NCBI RefSeq assembly: GCF_052425735.1
Contig: NC_135758.1
Span: 40,424,001-40,488,000, forward strand
Direction of reading: 5' to 3'
Origin: Oculina patagonica
Taxonomy: Eukaryota
Length of the DNA stretch: 64,000 nucleotides
Part shown: positions 25,231-37,400 of the stretch, in pieces
Position numbering within the stretch: position 1 is the stretch's first letter
Layout of the letters: the number at the start of each line of letters is the position of its first letter
Position numbers and translations under genes: made by a program
Notes under the pieces: model-generated
The model's input: the letters and a program-made list of their open reading frames with translations, nothing else
Databases searched by the model: none
What the model was told of the DNA's origin: nothing

Positions 25231-27255
25231 ATGGCTTTGGAAACAAGGAGAATAAGCGTGTCTTCCATCAGGCGGTTTCCTCAGGATGTTCGAGAAGAAC
25301 TTAACAGGTTTCTTCATCGAAGCTCGTGGCAGTGTCTGACGAGAGAGTTTAGCGTGGACGTCTTTACTGGTCTCTTGCCCGCCGCACTTGATGACATCGC
25401 GGAACTCGTGGATGGCAGTTATCCTGAGTTCCAGGAAGATGTTAAAAAGCGGTTGAAACTCCTGAAGAATACCATGCGAGGAAAAGCGCAAAGTTTTAAA
25501 GGGAAGAGCGAGGTTGGATTTCACAGCTACTTCTACAGGTATTTAAATGAATTATTGCTCTTGGGTTCTTTATGATTAAATTTTCACCTCCAGGAAAGGG
25601 AGCAGGAAAGGTCATTAATGTTTTTCTTTTGATGCGACTGTACTCGAGAACTTTTCGTTTGCTCGGCAGATCCTAGCCTAAATTTCAGACGTCCCTCTCT
25701 GGTCGCCTGCTCCCAATTCTTCCGGTCAATTAAGATCTAGTAGGTCAACGAAATTTCAACTTTTTAAAATCAAAGGAAGCCTAGAAATTACTCAAAAATC
25801 AATTTACGGTATCGAAGCAAAAATGACAAACGATGCAATCTTGAAGCCAAATACGTGTACTGAATTTGTATAAGGGCGCGTTCTTTCGGCTCAATTAATG
25901 CATTTTAGGTCTTTTCTTACTCTGTGAACTCGCTTGAGAGATCCGTTTTGCTACTGTTAAAAGGGTTGCGAACGAATAAACTCCTTTTTGCTCGACGTGT
26001 AACCAGTTATACAAGGCTTTGGCAGCCGTGAAATGATATGTAGCAGAGCTGTAACAGAACTCTCCGAGTCCCATACAGCGTAGCCTTTAGGACCGAGAAA
26101 CCGCCGGAAACCATTCCAGACCGGCCCCGCGGGCTCTTCCAGAAATTATCCTCGTCGCTCGACCGCCGAGGAATTAGAAATTCGAAGTCAAACAGTCGCC
26201 CCAGACCCCTCATTCTCCTTTGGACCCAGACCAACGTGTGCATACCGTAATGATTCGATTTAGCGCCCGGGGCGCTTATTTACTTTTGGCACCTCGCGGG
26301 AGGGCGCTCATTCGAGACAGGGCGCTTATTCGGGAGAGGGCGCTTATTTAATTTTTTGAGAAAAAACCAAATGTTCAAAACAAAACTTTAATAAATATTA
26401 AAATAACTAACAATAACAGAAACTGTAACAGTAACAAATTGTTGAAAGTTCAGTTACTTTTAAAAGAATTGTTCATTTTAGCAGTAAATCGAAGTAAATA
26501 TATACATTTACGGTATGGTGAATGTTCAGGAGTTTATCTGTTCGACGTCGATGACTTCAGTAGGGACAGTTATCCACAATAGGGGCGCTTGTTAGAATAG
26601 GGGCGCTTATAAGAATGGGGGCGCTAATTAGAATGGGGGCGCTTATTGGAATAGGGGCGCTTATTGACAAAAACACATTCGAAGGGGGGCGCTTATTCGG
26701 AAGGGGGCACTTGTTGGAAGGAGGGCGCTAAATCGAATCATTACGGTAACTCGTTCCATATCAGAACGAAGGTGAGCTAAGTTATTCGGCCTCCTTGGCA
26801 AAAAAAAAGAAAAAAAAAATAGTTGCCTATGCTCAACATTTTTCTCGTATTCTTTTTTCTCTTCCAGGTTTTGGTTGGTAGGACAACACAATGCTGATGG
26901 TCTATACGACATCGTGTTTTGCCACATTTGCCGAAAGGAAGAGTTTGATTTTTTTCGCTGCCTGACCAAAGTTATGAAGGGCGGAGCTTACACGCTCTCC
27001 GCTGCCCCACAACTCATCAGGGATTTAATAAATCAGATTCCTCAACGCGTCCGGCCATATCTTGGAATGGGAAACATTCAGGAGGAAGAGGTAGAAAATG
27101 CCCGGCCCGCGTCACGTGATGTTGCTAGTCCTTACACTGACCTTACTCAGGACATTGGGGACCGTCTGACTGAATACGAGCTGGTGGAGGACCTCATTGA
27201 ACGAGGAACGTTGGGAGAGAACGAAGATGGAACCCTGTTTATTCGGTTCCAGTAG
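25231..27255 (+). CDS. Uncharacterised 2-exon protein, 231 aa
   Basis: Exon 1 25231-25538 (AG|gtattt) joins exon 2 26868-27255 (long pyrimidine tract, ccag|G) in phase (..HSYFYR-FWLVGQH..); AATAAA at ~27422. Confidence 0.75.
26243..26748. mobile_element. Tc1/mariner(pogo)-like MITE with internal GGGGCGCTTATT repeats
   Basis: TA-CCGTAATGATTCGATTTAGCGCC ... GGCGCTAAATCGAATCATTACGG-TA. Confidence 0.9.
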
Positions 27256-27762
27256 CTCAGTTAGAGGAACTGGACTATTCGTGATTTGTAGCTAGTAGAG
27301 TAACAGGAGGCTACAGCGTTTCCTATGCTGTATTAGTTTCTAAGCGTGGCGTATAGCAACACAAGGTACATGTATATTTGATCTGTTGAAAATACTTGAA
27401 TTTACTCGATTGCAGTTCAATAATAAACTTGACTGTATCTTGTACTAGGCTTTTAGTTCAGCCTCTAAAACTGGTAGACGTTTTGTAGTTCAGTGCAATT
27501 GAGTTAACCTTGTACTAGGCCTTAATACAGTAAAACTGGCGTTTACTTTTGGATTTCATTACATTTATACTCTATACTAGGTTTGCACTTTAGCCTAAAT
27601 AAAACTGGTAGAAGTGCGCGACATTTTTATTGATCAATGCATCCTATTCTGCTAAGATTTTATGAATTTTACAACCTTTCCCAGGCAGATTTCCTAGTCA
27701 TGCAATGACTAAGTAGTGATGTGGTGTTACAACATTGATATCAACGCCCAGCATCTCATCTT

Positions 27763-27969
27763 TAGTCAGGGGAATAAGTGCCAGACAGGACTGAGCCCGC
27801 GGTGTTTGTCCCTGACCCTTTCTAGACAACGTGACGAATTTGTTCGCGCGACTGCTTTCGGAGTACTCGTAAGCGCTCGCACTAATTTTTGATTGGATGA
27901 AACAATTCAGAAACTCTTCGAATGCTTCAACGAAGAGTTGTCACAAACTAGCACTTATTCCCCCGACTG
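27763..27969. mobile_element. MITE with CAGTCGGGGAATAAGTGC TIRs (same family as 51085-51271)
   Basis: AGTCAGGGGAATAAGTGCCAG ... CTAGCACTTATTCCCCGACTG. Confidence 0.75.
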
Positions 27970-28423
27970 TTTTTAATTGAATAATGTTCATTTAGTCACA
28001 ATTGGAACCAGTAAATTTCAATTCTCAGTTTGGTCTACACACTAAGACTGAATATACAATACCAGTCGAAGAAAGACAATTCAAAACCTAGCTTATCTGC
28101 GATTCAAACGCAGACATTACGCATGTCCTTGCGGAATAATCGCGGATTTTTCAGTGAACTAAAACAATTTCTCTTCTCATTGTTACTACTAACTCTACGA
28201 ACTATGCTCTTTCGCGACAGTCTCTTCGAAGTAGCCGGCGTTTGGTCTACAAATATAAACTCACTACGTAAGGCAAAAGAACCATTTTTGCTGCCTTTGG
28301 GGAGAGAAACAGACGCGTTTTCTTCTTCCAGCAAGCAAACCAAGAAGTGTTACGTGCGATGGATGATCAGTGCGTGAGAACGAGATGACGTGACAAGTGC
28401 GTGGTCTGGTGTATAGCAGAACA

Positions 28424-31400
28424 TCAAGTGGTCCATGTGAATTCTTCTTCCAAAGATTTAACCACACTTAGTGGCTTGTTGATACTATAAACATAAAAAA
28501 AAATCAAATTACTATACCATCGTGACCCAAAAAGGGCCTTCAGTCTCGATTTTGCAGGGAAGTGCGTGACTGACGTCAAGGATGGTAAAAACACACCATA
28601 ACACACCGACGGCTTGATGTTTGTATCGGGCACTGAAGTTCTTAGTAAGTCGAGCCGTTGTTCTTGGACCTATCATGTTAATAATTCTAACAAATCAATC
28701 GTCATAAATAAAAGGCGTATAAGAATTAAAACCCATAATAAATTTGCGGAGACTAAAACTTGTTGCGTGTTCCACACGGGAGGCAACATGCATGTAAACA
28801 CTCGGTTATTTGCGAATTTAATTTTTTTAAAGATTTTTTTCATGAATTATTTTTTCGTAGTTCACTTCCCGTTAAACGATCAATGAGAAAAAGGTGGACT
28901 GTTCCCTTAATGCCTGGTAATAGTGACATCTCTTAGTGTTACATTTTTTGGTGGTTGGGGGGAGGGGTAGATATTACCTGCTAAATTCCTCTTTTATCTC
29001 GTCCACTTTGGACGGATGACAACAGATGGCACAGGAGGACTGGGACTGGTCAAATAGAGGCGCAATGTAAGTTTTCCCGACTCTGATCAGATCAGGCAAA
29101 GATACTTGAGAAATCTTAGTCAGTAGTCCTCTGCAAAATAAACGATGAAAAACAAGAATAAACAACGCAATGTCATAAGCTCAATTTATGAGGAAAAGCA
29201 ATGGCTGTACAATAAATGTACTAGACTTGTTGTCTCCCGGGGTCTGGATTGTTAAAAACAAACAAACCTGTTATAATCAGGGCCTACATCTCTAAACTGG
29301 GACATCAAACTCTGAAATGAAAATGAAAGAAGTTAATTTACAGACAATTTTGGATGCTAAAATATCGCTCATTTAAAGTAAAAATTAAAGAAAAACAACA
29401 AAGGAACAAACAAACAGACTGACACACCCAGCCAAAGAGAAAGTAACAAGACAAAGTCAATGTATAGTGTTACAAATAGTGTTACAACAAAATATTCATA
29501 ATAAACACAACTTTTGCCGCCCACCTGGGACGCTGCTTTTGACACGCTCTTTTCACGTTCAATGATTTCAAATATCACACTACTGATGGCGGATTCCAGT
29601 TCACCGGCATCAAACGACATTGCACCAGACAGATAGCCATCCTAACAACATCACAAAAAAAATAATATCATTTTCTCTACTGACATCATGCGAGTACGCG
29701 ATTTCCCTGTCATTTCACTAGTGTATATTTCTAGGCGCGAAAAAATTCTCGAAATGCATCTTTCTAACTTCGAAGCTCAGTTGGCAGAGCGATGAGAAAT
29801 TAATCCCGGAGGTTGGGGTTCAAATCTCACTGGGATCAAAGTGTTTTTTCAATGCACATAATAATATCTCGGATTAGGCTCATCTTAATTTTCCCTGCTG
29901 AAAATCAATCTCTTCATAAAAAGCATTTTCTGTTTTGCCCAGATGAGCTTGAAACTCTTAGATAATTATAGAGTCAACTCTCTCTAAAACGGACAACGTC
30001 GGGACCGGCTCCAACTGTCCGTTTTAGAGAGGTGTCCGTCTTTTTGGGAGTTTAGTTACAGTAAAATGACTGAAAACGGCAGGGACGGGACCAACACCAG
30101 CTGTCCGTCTTGAAGAGGTGTCCGTTAAGAGAGAGTTGACTGTGCGCGAAAATGGACTGATTTCTAACACAGAACGTTGTACATTCCAGCCTGCGAGCTG
30201 CCCACTAGATGGAAAGAGGCCCTGGGGCATTCTGGTTTGGTAAAGGCGATTACCCACCAAACTTCTTTACTTACAACAATCTCCTGAGTTTTCTTGTAAG
30301 CTTTCACCAAATGGGTTGACTTGATGAGATAAAGATAAAGCAGTCCATTCTCTGGCATAACCCGCATTCTAAAAATATTGTAAAAGAAAAGAGTTTTAAC
30401 CGGGGCGGTTAAATGTGCTTTTCATCCTTACCAGACCACAACAATAACAGTACAACATGCTACCTGGGTCATGAAGTAAACACGTGTAACGGTTGGCAAG
30501 CGCGTTGGAAATCGCGCGTAAGCCAAGACACGACTTGTTTTCGCTATCCTGTTTAATCCCGTGATTCCGCCCCGATTCCGCTTACTTTAAAATTCACTAA
30601 AGTAGGTTATTTGTAAAACAATTTTTGGTAAGACACGTACCCGTAGCCATAGGACAGTCCGAGACCTCGTACTTGACGCCATATTGGACCCTGGGAAAGA
30701 TAAAGAAAGAAACACAGAGCCCTCATGCATATATCCATGCCAACAATGGTCTTACCTAAAGCAGGTTGATGGTGTAGGATTGCTCTGATCTAAACCGAGA
30801 ATTCATTAGTTTTCATTGCCACAAAAATAATTAATATTTGTGGGTGTGTTTCACTTTGTGGGTTCCGGACTTACCCACTTTTTGTTTCGCTTTTCGCGGA
30901 GATCTATATGCAAAATCATTACGGTTCATAATGATAATAAATACTTTCTGGGAGAGCAATATTTTCAAAACTAGATAGCTCACCTCTAGAGTGGTAAGGC
31001 ATTCCAGGAATACCATAATAGGAGCGAGGTCAGGATGATCAAAACTGTTGATACACCGTGTAGTTTGGTAGAGAAACGAGGATTCCACTGAACCAACTCC
31101 AACTATTTTACCATGACCAGGATTCTTAGACAGAAAGACGCTGGATTTACGAACAGCGGGGATGCTGCAACAGAGAAGTCAGAACACAAACTGAACAGTT
31201 AGCATGTTGAAGGGAACTAGCTTTGATAGGACAAAAAATAGAAAGTCAGTTTTAAAAGGAAGCATTTTTTTATTTAGGCCTGAGGGCCGGGTTGTTCATA
31301 GCACAGATAAGCTCATCCAAGATTAGCGTGAATTTGGATTCTAGTTTTCCAACGTTCAGCGAGGTTTTCTGTTTATAATTTCTGTCTTCCAGTTTTGACG

Positions 31401-34400
31401 TTGACTATATATATAATCTCAAGCTCCACAAAACGTAAGCAAGAAAAACACTTTTATACAAGAGAAATTAAACCCTCGCTCAACTTTTAATTCTGGGTTA
31501 GTGTCAATCGGCTTTCGAACAACCCGGCCCAGGTGGCTAACTAGTGCAAGAATCCTGGATTAGTCGATTAACACTAATCCAGTACAAAAAGTTGATCGAC
31601 CTTTTAATTTCTCTTCAATAAAGGTGTTTCGTTTCTAAAATTTTGTGGATTTTAAGATTAGTGTACGTCAAAACAGGAGGGAAGAAAATATCAATAGAAT
31701 ACCTCAGTAAAGAGTAATAAGCTGCAATAAAAAATTACGCTAATCTTGAATTATCACTCTTGCTTTGGTATGAAGACCATTACGAAAAGTACACTGTAGC
31801 TGTATTTTCATTATTACGGCTTACAGTGTAATTGCCAAATGCCGACTCGAAAGAAAAAGTATAACTTTTTCAATCTACAAAGGGGACATAGGCACTGTTT
31901 ATACCTGGAGTAAATAAAGACAAAATTAATCCATACTTAGCAGGTATTGTAGCAGAAGTGCTGGGTAGAAGCTTTGTTTTCCACAGAGCATGCGGGTTAG
32001 CTGGGAGCCTATTGACATCTGCGGCCACGTGAACTCGCAAGTTTGAAGGTTGAGTTAGAATTGAACGCAGCTTCTCAACTTTTTCTATAACCTGCGAAAA
32101 AAGAAAGAAAAAGTCATTGAGGGAAACACTAGAAAAGGAACAGTTGTACACTTGGAAAGGAAGACGGTTTTAGAACAGTAATGCAGGATGGATAACAGTA
32201 ATTGAAGTGGTAGTTTTTATCTATATATTTACATTTTTATTTTGCTTAAGGCCCCGTATACACTGACCGGGGTAAATTTGAAAACGCATCTTTTTTTACC
32301 CGGATAGGCCAACCGTTCACACTGAAACGGCGTTTTCGGTCACGAAAACGGTACTTTTCAAAAACGCTCTCCAAAATGGTAAATTTGAAAACGCCGGCTA
32401 GGTGGTGTAGTGTGGACGGCGAAAACGGGCAAAAACTAAAGGTTTACTTAGCTTAACAATAGCTCTGTGCATGCGTTGTAACTCAACGTGCGATGAAGCG
32501 TATCGTTTTCAAATTTACCCGGGTTAATGTATGGCGCGTTTTTACTGTCAAAATTCAACATCACAAATCGAATGTCATCATTCCAAAATGACCACCATAA
32601 CTCCAACTCAATCAACAAACCTTTCTAAATCGAACGGCATTTTCTCGTAACAGATGGGTTACTTCGATCAAATACTTCTCAAATTGACCAGTTTTCTTCC
32701 AAATCGAGCAAATTACATCGTTCACACTAAATTGGTTAGGTTAATTGGGGTCTTAATTCGATCAGACACTTTTCAGATTGATTAGATACCTTCCAAATCG
32801 ATCAGTCTACTTCTAAATCGATCACCATACCCAAGATGCTTTGCTGGTATTCTGCATCCGCTGGCAGAACACTACCGTGGGCTCTTCAGTTTACACGTGG
32901 AGCGATTGTGGAAGGACAAAACAGAAGTAAAATGTGAGTGTACTTTAATATAATTTATTATGTACCTTATCCATGAAAGTGACGCATTTTTCTTTAGAGG
33001 TTTTATTGTGTAATATCTCCAACGCAAACGGTCATAAAAAATCACTTTTGAACTAGATCTCTTTGCCACAATAAGCTGAAATTAAGATTACGGCGAATGT
33101 AGAAAACAAAATTCTTTCGGATATCGACGGATTTTCCAAAAACACTACCAGAGAAAAAAAAGTAAATATTCTGATAGTTAGAGTAAGCCTTCAATAAATG
33201 ATTGGAAATAACAAGTATGGCTAAAAGGGGATGGGTTGGCCTAACGCAAAGCATACGAGAAATTTCACAACTATAAACCTCCAATACCGTCCCACTATCT
33301 TAAAGATATGCTTGGCCTTATCCTTAAGGAAAACTCTTTCCAATTTATGGAAAATAATTTCCTCCAGACCCATGGTACCGCAATGGGTACTAAAATGGCA
33401 GGTTGCTTTTGCCAACATCTTCATGGCGGAAATTGAAACTAAAATGATAAGCCAAAGCATTATAAAACCGAGAGAATGGAAACGATACATCGATGACATT
33501 TTCTCACTTTGGGACTCCAACAAACAGGAAATTACCCTGTTTATCGAGCGAGCTAACAATTTCCATAATACGATCAAATTTACGGCTGAGATTTCAGAGA
33601 ACGAAACAACATTCCTCGACACAGTCATATTTAAAGGAGAGCGATTCAAAAATGAGTCAATCCTTGATATCCGTACACATTACAAGCCGACTGAGACTTT
33701 TCAGTTCACACATTTTACCTCAAGCCACCCACCAGGCGTGAAAAGAGGTTTTATCAAAGGTGAAGCCCTTAGACTTCTAAGAACAAACTCTTCTAAAACA
33801 GCGTTTGAAGATAGTATCTCAAACTTCAAATCACGCCTCATTACGCGTGGATATCCCGAAAAAATGATACGAACAACGCTGTCTGAAGTAAATTTCAACA
33901 ACAGACAGTCGGCTCTCCAACAGAAAACAAAATAAAAAAAACAGATCTTGCCATTTGTGACAACATACCACCCATCGGTGTGTAACCTTAAAAATATACT
34001 TATGCAAAACTGGGATTTAATACAAAATCAGCCGTTGCTGAACTCAATTTTCAAAGATCCTCCCATCATATCGTACAAAAAAAGGTAAATCTCTTAAAGA
34101 CATGCTTGTTAGAGCTAAAATATGAAGGTAATGTACAGTTACACCACATCACGTAGGAAGTCCGTGCAGACCTGTCATTATTCTTTATTCACCGTGTAAA
34201 CTGAAGATCCCGCGGTAGTGTTCTGCCAGCGGATGCAGAATACCAGCAAAGCATCTTGGGTATGGTGATCGATTTAGAAGTATACTGATCGATTTGGAAG
34301 GTAAATCAATCTGAAAAGTGTCTGATCGAATTAACCTAACCTGGAACCGATTTAGTGTGAACGATGTAATTTGCTGGATTTGGAAGAAATTAAAACTGGT

Positions 34401-37400
34401 CAATTTGAGAAGTATTTGATCGAATTAACCCATCTGTTACGAGAAAATGCCGTTCGATTTAGAAAAGGTTTGTTGATTGAATTGGAGTTATGGTGGTCAT
34501 TTTGGAATGATGACATTCGATTTGTGATGTTGAATTTTGACAGTAAAAACGCGCCATATTAATGTGGACGGAAAACATTTTACACGACGTTTTTCAAATT
34601 TACCAGGGTTAGTGTAGACGGGGCCTTAGTGTTGCTAGAAAAACTTAATTTAATTTTTCTGCAATGAATTTGCACAGCGTTCTATAAATTTCCGGCTAGA
34701 TCGCATGAGAAGTTTTAGAATAACTTGATCAAGAGTTTTTAAACACGCGCCAAAAACGCTAAAAAAACCCTTAAAACCATAATCGATAATTTTTTTTCCG
34801 TCCTTGGTTTTTACCAATATCTTGTTTACAAACCTTGGATGCATCACTTTCCAGATCGGTCATTAACTGGTTCAGAAAACTGTACTGTCGTACCATATTA
34901 GCTGAAAACATATTGCTTTCTGATAAAGAAAACAAACACAACAATAATTAAACTTATGCAGACATACGATACTTCGGCTAAAAAAACTATTTGTATAAAT
35001 CATAAGCGCTTTAGCTCTGTCAACGGTATATAGAAAGCTTTAGTTAAAAAAACGCATAGTCTAAGTAATTTGAATGTGAAATGTGTCAAGTGAACGTGAT
35101 TTGTTGTTGTTGACTCCTGCGCTGTTATGCACGCATACCTTCAGCCACCCTGCGAGCAGGGCCCTTTGTCTGTTCTTTTCCACTGATATACTTGAGAAGG
35201 GAAGTTAAAAGAGGTTCTGCTCGCAGGGTGACCTTCACCATGTTCTTTTAGGAACACATAAGAACATGGTGGCGTGGAAAGAAAAAACTTGCTGCGCAAA
35301 AAAAAAAAGTTTTGAAAACGAATATATAACACAGAAAACGTTAGTAATTCAGAATGCAAATGGTGCCAGCAAAGCAAGAAGGCTTAACATGTGTGTATCC
35401 TCACCTTTAGTAAAAGCAATGTCTCTGATGAGAGTCTTGGTTACAGTTCTTCCCTCTCGCTTCATACTGTCAAGGAATAAAATATATCAGGCTAATTGTT
35501 GCACAAATAGTTAACATACAACACAACAAGAATGTGTAAAAATAAGACACCACAAAGAACGCGATTTTTTTTTTGAAATCTCACCTCGCCACATCGTTCA
35601 TCATCTTCTTGCCCACAATCTCCAGCCTTTCTTTGGTGAACTGAGTTTTGTACAGCAGTTCGTGAAGCCAGCAGATTCCCTTTTCATACTTCTCAACTTC
35701 CAGCTATGCATGGTACGGAATGGGAGTAAGATATTCAGTCTTGCATACAGTAATGCTCATGATTTTGTTTTATTTTCAAGTAAATATGCAGTTCCAGTTC
35801 TGAGTTATTGCTGCATTACGCGTACAGGAACAGTTTCTCTTCTAGGCAGGGTGACTAGAAAGGGTTACATCATGCATTTACTAAGCAAATACTAAGCTTC
35901 AAGCGTAAAGTGCTTGGTTTTTATCACGCGGTAAAAAAACGTTTGTCAGCAAAAGTGTTTTGTTTTGGTTATTGTTACTAGTTCACGAATCCTCTATTTG
36001 ATGGACCTTAATGATGGATGTAAACTAAGAAACTGCCCAAAGATCTGGTCTGTCCGCACACAATCAAAAAAGGAAAGGTCAAAATTAAAGAAAGTTCACT
36101 TTTACTGCCAACCTTGAGTGAAACACATGCAAGTTGTGGAAATTCCTCCGGCATGAATCTGCTTCCCCTCAGTCCGAGACAGGACACCTGATCCAGGGTG
36201 TCGGCTGCCAGTTCTGCTACAACTTGCTCATATGGGATAACACCTGGAATTTTAATGCAGGTAGCCTTATATTCCACTTGTACTAGAGTCAGGCTAAGTA
36301 ACTGACTCGTCTCCAGTCGTCTCTAATGCGAAAATTGCAAGACGCAAAGGATGATGGGAAGGAGGAAAGGCTCTGCTTCTTCCTTCCCATGATTCCCTCC
36401 TAGACTAACGACGGACTCAAAAGACAACTGGGGACGAGTCAGGCTAAGTAATTTGTCCATAGATAATAAGGTAGCCCACTGCGTCTGTGTGTAAAAATTG
36501 CCTTCCCGCATCTGGAGACGAACGGACAGACGGACAGATGCAGCTGACGAAGGCTAGAACAGTGTTACAAGCAAAGCAGTTTTCTATCAACATCCATCTT
36601 TTGACGTGCTAAACAAACAAGATGGATTGAAATCCACCTGTCATGGACCATTTTTAGTACATGGTAACCAAAGGTTTTGTTTTAAATGAAGCAATTTGAT
36701 GTATTTAAAATCTCTATCAAAGTTTTGGAGAATAATTTAGGCTTAGGGCTTTGTACAGCTGGTCATACCTCCCGCTCTCAATATAGGAGATTCAAACAGA
36801 ACTTCTAGATACAAGCTCAGATAAGGTTTGAGTTCCTCTGGTACAGCGGCTGTGTCCAGTATAACAGTTAGCTGCAAAGAAACACAAAGAAAATGCCCTA
36901 AGTACACTTTCAACAGTGAACTGAAAACTAACTACTATCATGACCACGACTGCATTGCTGTCAACAAAACAGGAAAGAAAGACACAACCTTACCTATGTC
37001 CACTTCAGCTGTACATTTTTTAAAGTGGACTGTGTGCAAACAATTTAACAAAATTGTTTTTAGTTGACTCTTTGCAATTTTTTCACATATGATTAATGAT
37101 CGATGCAGTGATTATATCTTCAGTTAGTTTGAGGTTGTAACTTTGTAGAATTTGCCCATAAATACAGTCAATTTACAGACAGACAGGGATATGGTAGCCT
37201 ATCAACTCAATCATATGTAAAATATTTCTTTCCCCACACCCTTTAAAGTCTAAAAGAAAGTCTAAAAAGACTTTTAGCACACTTAATTAAACTAAAAGCT
37301 GTCTTTAATCTTTTCTTGAATTCTTACTTTTGCAAACAATGTTGATACATGGTCCAGTTGGAATGAGTACGGTATCTCCGCCACAGGGAACTTGACTGCC

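Larger units (their letters stand above)
32250..34625. mobile_element. PIF/Harbinger-like MITE, split by a nested 2-kb element
   Basis: GGCCCCGTATACACT ... AGTGTAGACGGGGCC flanked by TAA/TTA; internal TTTGAAAACG repeats. Confidence 0.85.

Noticed and set aside
26580-26730. CRISPR-like short repeats GGGGCGCTTATT
   Set aside because: Spacers are only ~8-10 nt and similar to each other; they are subterminal repeats of a MITE; eukaryotic context with no cas genes.
28030-28377. ORFs on both strands downstream of the M16 stop codon
   Set aside because: Most simply the 3' UTR of the peptidase; no domain signal.
32530-34558. Reading the long inverted arms as Penelope pseudo-LTRs
   Set aside because: The arms have sharp symmetric termini, modular subterminal repeats, an exact TSD and no RT or hammerhead sequence, which fits DNA-transposon TIRs better. 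Not fully excluded.
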